64,000 nucleotides of DNA from Octopus vulgaris (GCA_951406725.2 OX597827.1:34720001-34784000), one strand, 5' to 3'; positions 36,395-50,149 are shown, counted from the stretch's first letter. The notes: generated by a model not told the origin, from the sequence alone. Numbers and translations are program-made.

Positions 36395-37190
36395 ATTCTT
36401 AATAGTCAGACATTTTCAGAAAAGTTGAGTTTATCCAACAAGACCAGGACATCATCAAGAATCCTGACATGTCAATGAGGGTCATTGCTAATGATCTTCA
36501 TGTGTCAGAGTCAATGTTTAGATTTGTGGTGCATGAAGACATCAAGTACCAATCCTATGATATGAGAATAGGGCAGTTCATGTCCAATAAGGCCTGGGAT
36601 AACCGTGTGATATAATCAAAGCACTCGCTGAACTAACTCAAGCACCCTGAGGAGCCTGGAGCCTAACATGGTGTAGTTCTTCTCAGATGAAAAGAATTTG
36701 TCAAAAATCAAAAAGGGAACAGAAAAAAATAACAGATGGCTCTGCATCACTCTCAATGAAGTCCCCATTGTTATGCACACTAAGTTTCCATTGTCTGCAA
36801 TATCTTTGGGATCGTGAGCAACGAGGGCCACGTAATGTTCACCCACTTTTTCCCACAGGTCTTAGGGTCAATGTGGCAACCTACATTGAGACAATTGCCA
36901 AGCCCTGAATGGAGAGAGTTGCTCAGGCGAATCTGTGTATGTTCTAACAAGATTCTGCTCTCTCTCTCTCTCCATCTCACACTGCCTTGCATGACCCAGG
37001 AGTGCATGGGCCTCACAGCTATCATGATTTAAGCCACCGCTTGAATACTACGTCAGGGATGTCGTTGAGAGGGAGACCAACAAGCATGTCCACACGACTC
37101 GTTCATGTCTGCTATTGGGAACATTATGGCCAACATGAACAAAGATCACCTGACCAATGCATTTAGTCATTTGTCAGAAGCTGTATCGAG
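36395..37190 (+). pseudogene. Degraded maT-like transposase
   Basis: SMRVIANDLHVSE..VVHEDIKYQSY, FFSDEK and VVERETNK remnants homologous to 43190-43810. Confidence 0.75.
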
Positions 37191-38864
37191 TAATCCTTCA
37201 GTTTAATATAAAATTAATTTTATAGGTACTTTCACACACACACACATGCATGCTTGCATCCTGGTTCATCGTAGCACAAACAATTATAAAAGTAGTAATA
37301 GTTGATTATCATTATTATTTAAAGACATATGCGTATGAATACACGTATGTGTATTTGTGTACAATTGAAAATATGTGTGCACGCATATCTTACATATGTA
37401 TTTTTGTACATGATAGGTATACAGTATATATTATGTAGGAAAATTGTAAGTATCAGACAGTTTACATGCAAGAATATGTGTGGTATATTGGTATGCATTA
37501 AGTATGTGAAAACACGAAATCCTCTGTTTATACCTATAGTTTTTTTTTTCATATAATATGCATGTACGTGCATAAGATATGTGCACGCATATAGCATTTT
37601 ATGCATATATTTCTAATGCTATATGTATATGATTAAAAATGCTTGTAGGTATATGTGCGCTTATGAACTCGCGTTCGTTGTGAGCGCGCGTACATGCATG
37701 CGCACACGTTCGCGCACGCGGAGGTACATAGAATAGTACTGACTGAGACAAATTCTGCTCCTTGCTATAAGTTAGCATTCTAATGAAACCTGCTGAAAGA
37801 AAATTGTAGTAAAAGTCACCTGCTGATCCTATTGTACAGTTGGAAGAGTCCGGCATTATGAATGCAGTCAACATGAAGAAATCTTGACGAATTCGCAAAT
37901 CCATTAACAACATGAGATTTTCTTAACAACAAAGAAGCGGTGTAGCCGGTTTTTATGTTCCTTTGTAATAAATATCCCGTTTTCTACTTTTTCTGTATCT
38001 GCTAATGTTAATTCAGCACAAAAGATATAAAGTAAATTGATTGTAATGATACTCTGCTGTCATTTCACGGTTGAATCTTTCTAAAACCATAGAAACACTC
38101 CCGCAAAAACTTGTCCTCGCAACCCACTGATAGCTGCTTCTTTTGGCAACTGCATCTTTACTGCATAACTAAAATGGCATCTCAAAGACTAGCTTTCCGG
38201 AGCCGGGAAATGTTTCAGTTTTGAGAGAGATGCTGACTTGGCCCTGACTGTATTTGTGTTTCCACTCCTGAGATTGTACTCATTTCAACATCGGAAATTT
38301 TCAGTAATAAATTGTCAAACGAGGGGTGGGGGACGACAGCAAGAACTAAATAAGGAAAACACGAGGCAAATAAGGGGATTTACTTTATTTTCCTGCAAAC
38401 AAGTCGAATTTTTCAGATCAAGTTTACAGCCAAAAGTAGTAGGTCGATTTATACACCAAAATAACTTTGGAGGACCAAACCATGCAAAATGCAACAGGAT
38501 TTGGAAAAATAGTGACGCTGTTTGAATGTTTACATTTCATAATTTACACTATTATACTATTTCGACTAGTATGCCGGAAAATACGGAATATGGAAGAGTC
38601 AGTATCATAAAGTTCCGAGAGGGTTGGATAGATGTTAACGGTAGAAAATCTAGAGATAGTAAGAGACATTTAGCTGAATATGGTAGAAATTTGGCTATCA
38701 CAGAGAGAGCAGTATAGTCAGTAGGACAATGAGAGGCAGGATGTTCTGCGGGGTTGGAGACCATTGTAGTAATGGGAGAAGTGACAGGAAAGAGGTCTGG
38801 CCTTGAGCTAGTGATTTTAGTCTTGATAAGGGAAGAAAAACATTGTAAAGCTGACTGCAGTTTC

Positions 38865-38906
<42 letters not shown>

Positions 38907-38927
38907 ACCGAAAAAATCTGTCTCTCT

Positions 38928-39347
38928 GGATCTTTTCGGTTTGAACGGCAGTTTTTAACATAATTTCTAGGTAACTAAAAAATTTTAAACTTCGTATACT
39001 GGTAAAATGTGTTTATAAAACATCAATTTCTCTTGGCTTTATTGAGAAAATTCTATAGTTTGTAAGATATTTGTTGTTTTTTTTCTTCAATTTCTGCAAT
39101 TTCAACCAATCAATTACGTCTATTGAGGTAAAAAAACATACTGTGCCGTATGAATATGTCCCTCGTTTAAGAAACAGATTGGGTTTGTTTACATTTGTGA
39201 AGAAAAAAAGATACCCTTCCCCCACCCCTAACTAACACTAACCCTAAAACAGATTGAAATGCAATAGATCGACACTAGGGTCATAATTATGGGTGACAAT
39301 TTCATATGACACCGCTAGAAAAACTGCCGTTCAAACCGAAAAGATCC
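38928..39347. mobile_element. Merlin-like MITE, copy 2 (opposite orientation)
   Basis: Same TIRs; TSD GTCTCTCT/GTTTCTCT; reverse complement of 35495-35906. Confidence 0.85.
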
Positions 39348-39749
39348 GTTTCTCTACATGAATTCTGTGACTGAGTCAACAACCACCGCCTGTGTCTCGT
39401 GTCCGAACTAAAATTTTCTACAGTTTTGCTTCTGTTGCCCGTATTTGATCGTCACAAGACTTAAGAGTCAATTCTCACAACTCCATTGATTTTGTGACAA
39501 TCAGTTTAGCGTGTTAATGGTGAAGCATGTCTTCAGACATTCTGTCGTTTCTAATGACAAGATATTTCAATACGACTGGAACTTCGAAGACCTACTGCAG
39601 CTTTCTGCCTTCCTATTCATTAATTTCACATTTTCCATTTTATCCACTGGTGAGAACTTGGTATATTAAGCCACATTTAATCTGGTAATCTGAGCTCCTT
39701 GCTGTTGTTAATGTATGATTAATGACCGTACCCTTTCATCTTGTCAAAA

Positions 39750-40005
39750 TACAGCGCATAGCAGTCATCAGCGAATACATTCCATTCCTTGATGCTGATT
39801 GCAAAGTGAAAGAAACGTTCTATGCACAGCTGCACTTTATCTTTTCCAACATTTGAAAAGAAGACTAGGTCATCGTTCTGGGAATTTTAACACTAGGGCA
39901 TGGCGAGATCAAAAGTTTTGGAAGGGTTCAATTGCGAAATGATTCTGGAAATGTCAACTCTAACTGAACTCTTTCAACGAAATGTGTTGAACATGACTTT
40001 AGAAT
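39750..40005 (+). pseudogene. Degraded LINE (RTE) AP-endonuclease fragment
   Basis: VISEYIP..KETFYAQL..VIVLG..GNVNSN remnants. Confidence 0.5.
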
Positions 40006-40007
40006 CA

Positions 40008-40196
40008 CCAGGCGTGGCTGTGTGGTAAGTAGCTTGCTTACCAACCACATGGTCCCGGGTTCAGTCCCATTGCGTGGCACCTTGGGCAGGTGTCTTCTAC
40101 TATAACCTCGGGCCGACCAAAGCCTTGTGAGTGGATTTGGTAGACGGAAACTGAAAGAAGCCCGTCGTATACACACACACACACACATATATGTAT

Positions 40197-40243
<47 letters not shown>

Positions 40244-40446
40244 CGTTTGCATATTTGTGTATATTTGTGTTTGTGTGTTTATACCCCCACGATTGATTGG
40301 CAACTGATGTTGCGCTGTTTACATTCCCATGGATTTGCAGTTCAGCAAAATACACTGTTAGAATAAGTACTAGGCTTACAAAGAATAAATCCTGTAGTTG
40401 ATTTTTTCCAGCATGGCCGCAGTCACATGACTGAAACAAGTAAAAC
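40008..40446 (+). mobile_element. SINE family B
   Basis: GGCGTGGCTGTGTGGTAAG head, GGTTCAGTCCC B-box-like motif, internal microsatellite, conserved tail. Confidence 0.9.
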
Positions 40447-41594
40447 AATAATAAAACTATGCCATTTTAATCCCGAGCAAGGCCGGGTATCTCTGCTCGT
40501 AAAAGAATAAAGGAATACCTTTTTTTTCTATCGGACAATAACTACAAGATTACTTAGCAATATTCGAGTTTTAAACATTGGCATTTGGTCGATGAAATTA
40601 TTGTGAAGTTTCCTGACCCGAAAGATTTGCTCTACTGTCGTTGGAACTGTCAAGTGATGGATTTATAACGAAGACGGTTAATGAAGATAATGTTGGAATG
40701 AGATATATACAACTTGAGATTGAAACTGAATTGGTAAGCGACGTTTTATTTTCCGTTATAAAATACAATGATTGCCATACATGAATTCGCATAACAGCTT
40801 ATTACAAAGATGTGTAAGAGAACTTCGTGGTTAGGCTGGACTGTTGATGTTGTAGACATAGTTGACGTACTGTTTGGTGGTGTGCAGAGGCAGTTGTTGC
40901 TCTGTTGGTCGCGTGATGTTCAGCAATGATGTAGATAGAGTTTCGGTGGAGATGAAAACGGAGACTGGCTGGTGTTAGATACATCGTTGTTGGAGACAAG
41001 TTGCGTTTGTGGTCAGTGGTGAGTGCCAAAGACCTAAAACAGTCGTGAACTGCCGTGCTTATCGGGAATAATGGGCTCCTCCAAGATGCTGGTGATTAAT
41101 TTCCTGCGTAAGGAAAAATAAACTGTTGTGCAACTCAATCATCATTGAATGACATTATCCACAATACGTATATATTGTGGATGTTTTTCCAAAGGAAAAG
41201 TCGCCGACTTGGGCCGATACAACTTGGCGCCAGGGACGTCACAGACATTGCTATTAGAATGGAAAGAGTTCGAACAAATACTGCAAGGCATCCTGCCCGA
41301 CCCTCTAACGGGTCCGTCATTCCACTGCCATGGTTGGTATTTTTTTTATATCGACACTGAAAAATGAAAGACAAAGCTGAGCACAAGGAGTCAGAATACC
41401 GCGTGGCATCACATCTAACGCTTTAACGACATTTTGTCGCTTTGTATACTGAATTCAATACATAAATTTGCATATATTTGCATTTTGATAATGATCAAGC
41501 GAAACCAGTAGAATTTTTTATTTGTTTATTATAGTTTTAGTCAAACGTACTAATTTAAAAAATTTTTTATTAATAACTATCCTTCAAGATAGTG

Positions 41595-41930
41595 GTGGTG
41601 CAGTTAAGAAGCTCGCTTTGCAACTACGTAGTATCGGGTTCAGTCCCACTTCGTAGAACCATAGGTAAGTGTCTTCTACCATAGCCCTGGAATATATGTG
41701 GAAGCCTGTTGTGTGTGTGTGTGTATGAATGTGTGTGTGTCTGTGTTTATCTCCCACCACCGCTTGACAACTGGTATTGTTTTGATTTCGTCCTCTTAAC
41801 TTAGCGGTTTGACAGACCGACCAAATAAATACCAAACTTAAAAATAAGTACTAGGGTAGATTTGTTTGACTAAACCGTTCAAGGCCAAGCATGGCCGCAG
41901 TCCAATCACTGAAACAAGTAAAATAAAAGA
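41595..41930 (+). mobile_element. SINE family B (diverged)
   Basis: Same architecture as 40008-40446. Confidence 0.8.
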
Positions 41931-42774
41931 CAGAAAGTTATATAACTAATAAAAGCAACATTTTACATTTTTCCTAGAAATAATTTCGAAATATTATTTA
42001 CTCGATCTCTTTTCACCTATTATCGTATCTGTGGTACTATATCGTATTTGCCTATGAGTAAAATTATATTACATTATTGAAATATTATCCAATATTTCTG
42101 GAAATTAGAAATCCGGGCGAAATGCTTAGTGGCATTTCATCAGTCTTTACGTTCTGAGTTCAAATTCCGCTTTACCTTTCATCTTTTCGGAGTCGATTTA
42201 ATTGATTTAGCCCCTTTCCCAAATCTCTTGGCCTTATGCCAAAATTTGGAACCAATATTTTCAGGAAATATTTCATGTAAATGGATTAATATTGGTCCTT
42301 TAACTTTTTCTGTAAGTGAAAAGTTTCTACTTTCAAATATAATTTCTGAAGCATGACACAAAATGGAGGTAAGAACGAATGCATATTGTACAAATATATT
42401 CGGTTTGGCACACTTAACGACAAATTGCCTTAAATCATTATCTTTTTAGTAATGTGGCCCACCTGATGATGAGTCGTGCCTCGAGTAGCCAGCTTTTCAA
42501 AGAAAGGTTGCCCATGCCTGATATAGCTCATTGTTGAAGTCTGCATCCTGATAGATAGATCGTTGGGGGAAAATGCTTTCGAGCATTTTTTCTTCCGGTT
42601 ATGTTCAAATCCCGTCCAAGTCCAACTATAAACATTTTTGTAAGTTTCTTTTATTGATTTTTATGTTTTTAATAAAATTTCTTGAACGTGGTTGAAAAGG
42701 GATGTAGGTGCTATTGTAAGCACTGGCTTCCTTGCTTCCCTGAGATCACGCCCCTGGTACGAACATTATATATA

Positions 42775-44069
42775 TCCGATGGGTAAATTGTCGCATTTTA
42801 TACTTCTAACTTCGCGCATGCACATTGTTTTTGATTTTGTCAACTACACAGTAGAGTAGGGTCAGTTGGGTGCTGTCTGTGAGAATGCCAAGCAGTACAG
42901 CATGTCGTTTCCAGATTTCTGACAGAGTGAATTGCGTCATGGTGCTGTCTTTCTCACAGACAGCACCATGACGCAATTCACTCTGTCAGAAATCTGGAAA
43001 CGACATGCTGTACTGCTTGGCATTCGCACTGGGAGCGCCAATACGAACATTTCAGAGTGTTTTGGTGTCAATCTGAGGACAGTGCAGAGGATTCGAAAAG
43101 AGTTGGATGGTACAGCAGCTCGGAAAATACATAAGAAAAGAACTCCTGAATTTGTTGGTGAGATCCAGGCCATGATTGATAACGATCCCTCGAAGTCAAT
43201 CAGGTCCATCACCAGGGACACGGGAGTGTCTGAGTTTCTTATCAGGCAGGTCGTGCATGAAGACATTTGGTATTCCTCATACAAGATGAGAAAGGGCCAA
43301 TTTTTAGCCCAAGCCATCAAAGACAAGAGGAAAGACCGCGCTCCGAAGCTTTTGAACAAACTAAAGCATCCCCTCCAACCGAACATGCTTTGGTTTTTCT
43401 CAGACGAGAAAAGTTTCTGCCAGGATCAGATGGTGAACACATACAACAACCGTAGCTAGCCGTGTCCCCAAAACATGTACCAAGAGTGATAAAAATCAAA
43501 CATCCAGTCAACATCATGGTGTTTGGTGCGATAACTAGTGATGGCGACGTTATGCCTCCATTCATAATTCCACACAGCCTCAGATTCAACAGGGAGGCCT
43601 ACATCAAGTGCCTGGAAGAGGTAGTGCTGCCTTGGGTCAAGAGAGTGGCTGCTGGAAGACCCTATGTCTGGCAACAGGACTCTGTCATGGCTGTCAGACA
43701 ATTTCTGCGACCACATCACCCCTAACACCTGGCCACATAACTCCCCAGACTGCAACCCCCTTGATTATCATGTGTGGGGCATAGTTGCGTGAGAGACCAA
43801 CAAAACTCCATGTAACACCAAAGATGAACTGAAGGCAAGGATTATGGCAGCATTCATCAACTGGAACAAGATCGTCCAGAAGAGTTGCAGAAGATTCCGA
43901 AGTCGTCTGGAGGTCATGGTTGAAGCCAATGGAAAATTTATTGAATAAATTTACTCTTTAGTATTTCAAGATATTTTTCATAATTTAGGTAAATATATCT
44001 GTTAAAAGAGACATCAATGTTATTTTCATTTTTGCGGAATTTAGACGACAATTTATTCATCGCAGCCTG
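42775..44069 (+). mobile_element. Near full-length maT (DD37D)-like element, inactivated
   Basis: WFFSDEK, VWQQDS and WPHNSPDCNPLDYHVWG give a D-D-D triad; partial TIR CGATG..TAAATTGTCG at both ends; stop codon and deletions. Confidence 0.92.
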
Positions 44070-44379
44070 TATATCGTCAATAGTTCATATATCCGAAAAA
44101 GAAGCACACTCTAAAGCAGTGTCTGCCAAACTTTTTTACCTTACGACACACTGGGCAAAGAGAAATTATGTCGCGGCACACCAAATAAAAATCCCGACAA
44201 AATTGAATATACTTTATTAGTATGAATAAAAACAAATAGTAACAATAAAATAGCATTATTTTATGAACATATAATATATATATGTAAATGTATATTTGTA
44301 TGTATATATAGGTATTATAACAAAATAATAATGTTTTTAGTGAGGAGGATGCAACTAATTTTGTCAAAACTCGGCTCTA

Positions 44380-46369
44380 AATTAGATCAACAAATACGTA
44401 ACTCCTCATCTACCATCTGTAATTGTTTCCGTTTCTTCTTGACTTCATTTCCATAAGCGCAGAGATACTTAATTCGCAAAGATACGATGATCCAAAGGGC
44501 AACAGAGATTTAAACGGCTGTAGTAGCTAACCGAGGATATTGGCTCCAAAGCGAAATCCAAAATTCTGATAATTCTTATTTCTTTATTGCCCACAAGGAG
44601 TTAAACATAGAGGGGACAAACAAGGACAGACAAACGGATTAAGTTGATTATATCGACCCCAGTGCGTAACTGGTACTTAATTTATCGACCCCGAAAGGAT
44701 GAAAGGAAAAGTCGACCTCGGCGGAATTTGAACTCAGAACGTAGCGGCAGACGAAATACCGCAAAGCATTTCGCCCGGCGTGCTAACGTTTCTGCCAGCT
44801 CGCCGCCTTCTGATAATTCTAACACAGAATATGAGGCTTTGTGCACAGGATCGTTTTTCAAGTCTATTAAAATTTTCTTCTGTTAATGTTAATGGCAGGT
44901 GTGTACTGTTGCATCTTGCAAAAGGATTGATGACCCACTCGTACATTTCATAATCAAGTGATGGAAAATACTTAGAAAATTATAGAGAGAGGTTTTCTAT
45001 CTTCTGCACTTCTGACAAAATTTTAGATTTGTTTGGAAAAGCCTCTGCGCCTAGGAAGTAATCAATCTGCGAATTTTTAACTTCCCTTATCCACAATTCT
45101 AACTTGTCGGTGAAAAACTTTAATTTGCCTGTAATTGTAATAATATTTTCGTTCACTCCTTGCAGACTCAAAATTAAAACGTTCAACTTCTCAAAAAGAT
45201 ATTTGAGGAAAGCTACTTCCAGCCGCAAATCATCATTGTTAAGAAGTTCAAATCCAGAATTTTCAGCATCGAAGAAACTTATTTCAGTTCGCAAAGAGAT
45301 ACATCGAGAGAGCACTTTTTTCTTTCGAGAGCCATCGCTCTTCTGTATGAAGCAGTAAACACTTAAAATCAGAATCCATAGTTTCAAACAGGGAATCAAA
45401 AAGTCTGCACCGTAGGGAATGCGATTTTATGTAATTCATCACTTTAACAACGTTGTCCATCGTCTTCAGGAGACCAGCAGGTAGAGATTTGGACACCAAA
45501 ACTTCGCGGTGAATTATGCAATGTACAATTTTAACATGTGAATTTTTTTGTAATACATGAGCGACGAAGCCTTTTTTTTCGACCCTGCATGGAAGAAGCG
45601 CCATCAATGCAAACACCAATACAAGTTTACCACTGCATCCCTCTCAATACGACATTTTGGTTTACCAGGTTAAAGACATCTTCTCCTGTCATTCTTTCCT
45701 TAAAAAAAAAACTGACTTATGATTTTACCACCTCTGATGATTCGCAGAAATGACATTAGTTGAGTTTTATCTGTACTTTTATCGATTTGTAAGGTCCACA
45801 AGTTTTCGAATTCATTTTTTTTGCTTCAGTGAAATGTTCCCGGAGCTCATCAGCAACGTCTTGTGAAATGACTTGAATTTTACGAGAAATTGTGTGAACA
45901 GGCAAAAGATTTGTTTGTTGGCTTCATCACTAATCATTGTACAACGGCGATCTCCAAGGCTGTAGAATAATGTTTTCAGCATCAGAATGTGACTTTTTTC
46001 TTCTTTGCCAAAAGCTGGACAGTTTTGTAACTAGTGATTTGAGCTTTCTCGGGAATTGATAGAAATTTCTTCGGCCTTCTTGATTGAATTTTAAAATTAT
46101 TTCTTAGCATCTGAAAGTATTTTTTTGGTTTGCCTTATGTTATGGATGATTTGTTATTAAATGACGTTGAAGTTTACTGGGAACAATCACTTCATTTGAG
46201 AGTGTTGTTAAACAAATCGTACAAAAAGAAACCGGATAATATAAAGCCATATTGGATTTAATTTTCATTATATTTTCGTTTTGGTGAAGTGGACTTTATA
46301 TTCTAGTATTCGTCTTGTTTGCTATGACTCTTTTTCATTTTTCTGAGGTCTCAATAAAAATTTGTCCAT
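44380..46369 (-). pseudogene. Buster/Charlie hAT transposase pseudogene
   Basis: CTICL..PSKLQRHLITNHP, GVCIDGASSMQG, HCIIHREVLVSK, LLLHTEERWLSK, LSLQG and LLPFGSSYLCE motifs with frameshifts. Confidence 0.92.
44577..44807 (-). mobile_element. Full-length SINE family A with 13-bp TSD
   Basis: TSD TTCTGATAATTCT on both sides; inserted into the hAT transposase. Confidence 0.93.
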
Positions 46370-46424
46370 GTTTCAATCTAAAACTAAAAATCGATTAAAA
46401 TTAACATAAAATGATTTATGTAAA

Positions 46425-46855
46425 TCTATATATATAAAACTGAGAATGTGTGTCTGTCTGTCTGTGTGAATCCCTAAAACTTGAGAACTACACAATCAAT
46501 TTCATTCAAATTTTACACATGCCTTACTTAGGGTCCATGTAGTGTCATGGGCAAAAAAATTCTAACTTCTTGCCTAGGGCGAGCCCACAGCAATATCATA
46601 TCTTCTCCACTATTTCAGTATTACGTGTTAAAAGTGAAACAAAAACATCTCTCTATTGTAATTTCAGATACTTTCACTTTAATACTGAAACTATAAAAGT
46701 CAAACTATTATATAAGAGGGATGAACCATTAACAGTGGACATCCATTTTGCTAGAAGATCCGCTATGGTCTTATATGCTACACCACTGGTTTTCAATTCA
46801 TATCAATCAAATTAATATTCAATTTCTCACCCTTATTATTTTAAATTTAAATTTA
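46425..46855 (+). mobile_element. Helitron-like 5' fragment
   Basis: TCTATATATATAAAACTG start followed by (GTCT)n, similar to the family A 5' end. Confidence 0.6.
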
Positions 46856-47082
46856 AACCCAGGACCATGTGTTTTGGAACGAAGTTTGTTACCACACAGC
46901 CACACCTGCACCTATGTATGTGTGTATAGCTGTATATGTATACATTTATTTCTATACATATAGATGTATATGCATACATGTATATGTGTAGATGTATATA
47001 TATACATAGAGATGTACATGAAATATGTACACATATATATTCACATATATACACCCATACATGCATACACACACATACATAC

Positions 47083-47482
47083 ATAGGTGCAGGTGTGGCT
47101 GTATGGTAACAAACTTCGTTCCAAAACACATGGTCCTGGGTTCAGTCCCACTGTGTGGTGACTTAGCATGTGACTTCTGCTATAGCCTCAGACCAACCAA
47201 AGCCTTGTCAGCGGATTTTGTAGACAGAAACTGAAAGAAACCAATCGTATATATATGTATGTATATATGTAAGTCTCTGTGTGTGTCTTTGTGTTTCTCC
47301 CTCATCACTGCCTCACAACTGGTGTTCGTTTATTTACATCCCCATAACTTACTGGTTTCACAAGAAGAAACTGATAGAATAAGTATCAGGCTTATCAAAA
47401 TAAAAAAAACCCCACTAGGCAGTATCTCATATTTTTGTTTGCAGTTACAATTTATCTTTGTATACATACATACATACATACA

Positions 47483-47515
<33 letters not shown>

Positions 47516-47770
47516 GGATTTCGTAGACAGAAACTTAAAGAAATCAATCGTATACATATATATACATGTATGTATATATTTAAGTGTATGTGTGTAACTT
47601 TGTTTCTGTGTTTCACCCTCATCACTGCTTCACAACTGCTGTTCGTTTATTTACCTCCCCATAACTTACTGGTTTCACAAGAAGAAACTAATAGAATAAG
47701 TACCAAGCTTATCAACATTAAAAAAGCACTACGCTGTGTCTCATATTTTTGTTTGCCCACTCAGTTGTAT
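47083..47770 (+). mobile_element. SINE family B with tandem duplication of its body
   Basis: 47213-47460 is repeated at 47515-47770. Confidence 0.8.
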
Positions 47771-47801
47771 CTATCAATTTATCTTTGTGTGTGTGTGTGT
47801 G

Positions 47802-47870
<69 letters not shown>

Positions 47871-47899
47871 CATGTATGTATATTTGTACATTCATATTT

Positions 47900-50062
47900 A
47901 TTATATCAAAGACAATGTCTTTATGTGTTCGTGTATTACTTATACATTCGAAAACTGCTGCACCGATCATAATGAAATTTGGAACACAAAATTCAAGCCT
48001 GGGGAGAAGGATAATACTGTGTGTTTCATACAATTTCATGGACCAAAATTACTGAATAGATCCTTATGATATTTGAAACTTAGATTCAATGCATAAGGGC
48101 GGGTATAATGCAATATGTTTGGTTTGAATTTCAGATGGCTTAAAAGGGGCAGAACCCCCCATGAAAATTCATAAATTTTCGATATTGAAGAAATTTCAAT
48201 CATGGGTAATTGACACACATCATGAAGTATTCTCAAAATTTCCACTTCAAATGAGGATTCTAGGACACCCTAATGGGGGCCTTAACTCCCAAATTTTAGT
48301 CATTTCTTTTATGATCCAAAACTAAGTCAAAAGTACTGAATGGATCTTTACGAAATTTGGAAATTATATTTTATGCATAAAGGCAACAACCCCCATGACA
48401 ATTCATATATTTTTGCGGTTGATGAAATTTTAACCAAAGGTATTGTCATTTTATCTAAGCAAAGACGAATAGTTGTACTCTTCGAAGCTGTAGGGTCATC
48501 CGAGCATAGAAGATGAGCAATGGTACAACAGTGTAAGAGTTTGCTTTGACATACACTTAGATTGTGATTTCTGCTTCACAAGCCTAGGGAGAAGGGTAAT
48601 ACTGTGTGTTTCATACAATTTATATATCTTGCTGTTGAAGAAATTTTAACCATAGATATTAGATACAAATGAAGTAATATTTATAAAATTTCATCTTCTT
48701 ACAAGTTAGAAATACCCCTTCATGGGGACTTAACATCCGCAATTTTGTCATTTATCTAAGCAAAGACGAATAGTTGTACTCTTAGAAGCTGTGGGGTCAT
48801 CCGAGCATAGAAGATGAGCAATGGTACAACAGTGTAAGAGTTTGCTTTGACATACACTTAGATTGTGATTTCTGCTTCACAAGCCTAGGGAGAAGGGTAA
48901 TACTGTGTGTTTCATACAATTTATATATCTTGCTGTTGAAGAAATTTTAACCATAGATATTAGATACAAATGAAGTAATATTTATAAAATTTCATCTTCT
49001 TACAAGTTAGAAATACCCCTTCATGGGGACTTAACATCCGCAATTTTGTCATTTATCTAAGCAAAGACGAATAGTTGTACTCTTAGAAGCTGTGGGGTCA
49101 TCCGAGCATAGAAGATGCGCAATGGTACAACAGTGTAAGAATTTGCTTTGACATACACTTACATTGTGATTTCTGCAATGTGTTGCATAAATTGTCAAGT
49201 AAATGAGAGGCATCTTTGCCTCCACTGATTCAGTTGCAAAGTGTTGAGTAAAGTTATTTGATTGCAGATCTCCTTTCAGTCTTTTTATTAACACTGGATC
49301 ACACATAGTCCCCACATGGTAACATTGATTTCATGGCCTTCCCAGATGAGTGACTGGTTATTCAAAGATATTTATAGATTGTATATTTATTCTGTCCAGT
49401 TACGTATCAGTATAGTGGTCATTTGCAAACTCCAACTTTCATTTCGCCTTAGCCCTCACGTCACACGGTTGTTAATGTTTATTTCAGTTGGGTCACGCCC
49501 TTCCAATTGCTATAGATTCGTAATGCATCTTACGGCTGTGCCTGTCACCTTGATGGTGAGGAATACTACATTGGGAGTGGTAAAGACTAGGGTACTGTAG
49601 CTGACTGCTTATTGTGATCATTCGTCTTTTGGTTTCCTGTAGCTTTGCTCTCTTTTACAAACCCAGTGAACATATATTTTCTATTTCAAAGAAATTCAAA
49701 CAATAGATATAAGACCCAAGTTAAAAAGATTCTCAGCAATTCAACTTCTCTGGTTGACATTAAGATGCCCACCCCAACTCTCACATTTTAGAGCTCCATG
49801 ACCTCCATTTTTCAGGAGCAAAATCCTTTTAACAGGTTCTATAAGACTGGAATTTGGGAATATGCGCATAAAAATCAGTAGTATGGAATACATGTGGCAC
49901 GATTACAATTTTGCTTGGGTGTGTAACGAGGGAAATAACCCTCATCTGCAATTTTGATGAAATTCGAAACATAGGTATTTCAATTCATTACAGAAAATAT
50001 AACAGAAAAGTCAAATTCCTCAACTGTATGTAACTCGGGCAACGTCAGGTTACTATGCTAGT
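47900..50062 (+). mobile_element. Helitron-like family B copy with an internal ~301-bp tandem repeat
   Basis: Homologous to 8704-10850; ends CTCGGGCAACGTCAGG..GCTAG-T; repeat units start at ~48443, 48745 and 49046. Confidence 0.75.
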
Positions 50063-50149
50063 TATAAATTAATAAAAAATTAAAAACTACTAGGACTACT
50101 AAACAATTTACTTACAAACAATCCCGGTTTAAAAGCTGAAATATAATAC

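Noticed and set aside
42462-42490. CTGATGA followed by a small stem as a hammerhead
   Set aside because: No GAAA box or helix I; lies in a probable hAT end remnant
44980-45619. Domesticated ZBED/SCAND3-like gene
   Set aside because: Multiple frameshifts, a SINE insertion and retained TIRs indicate a dead transposon
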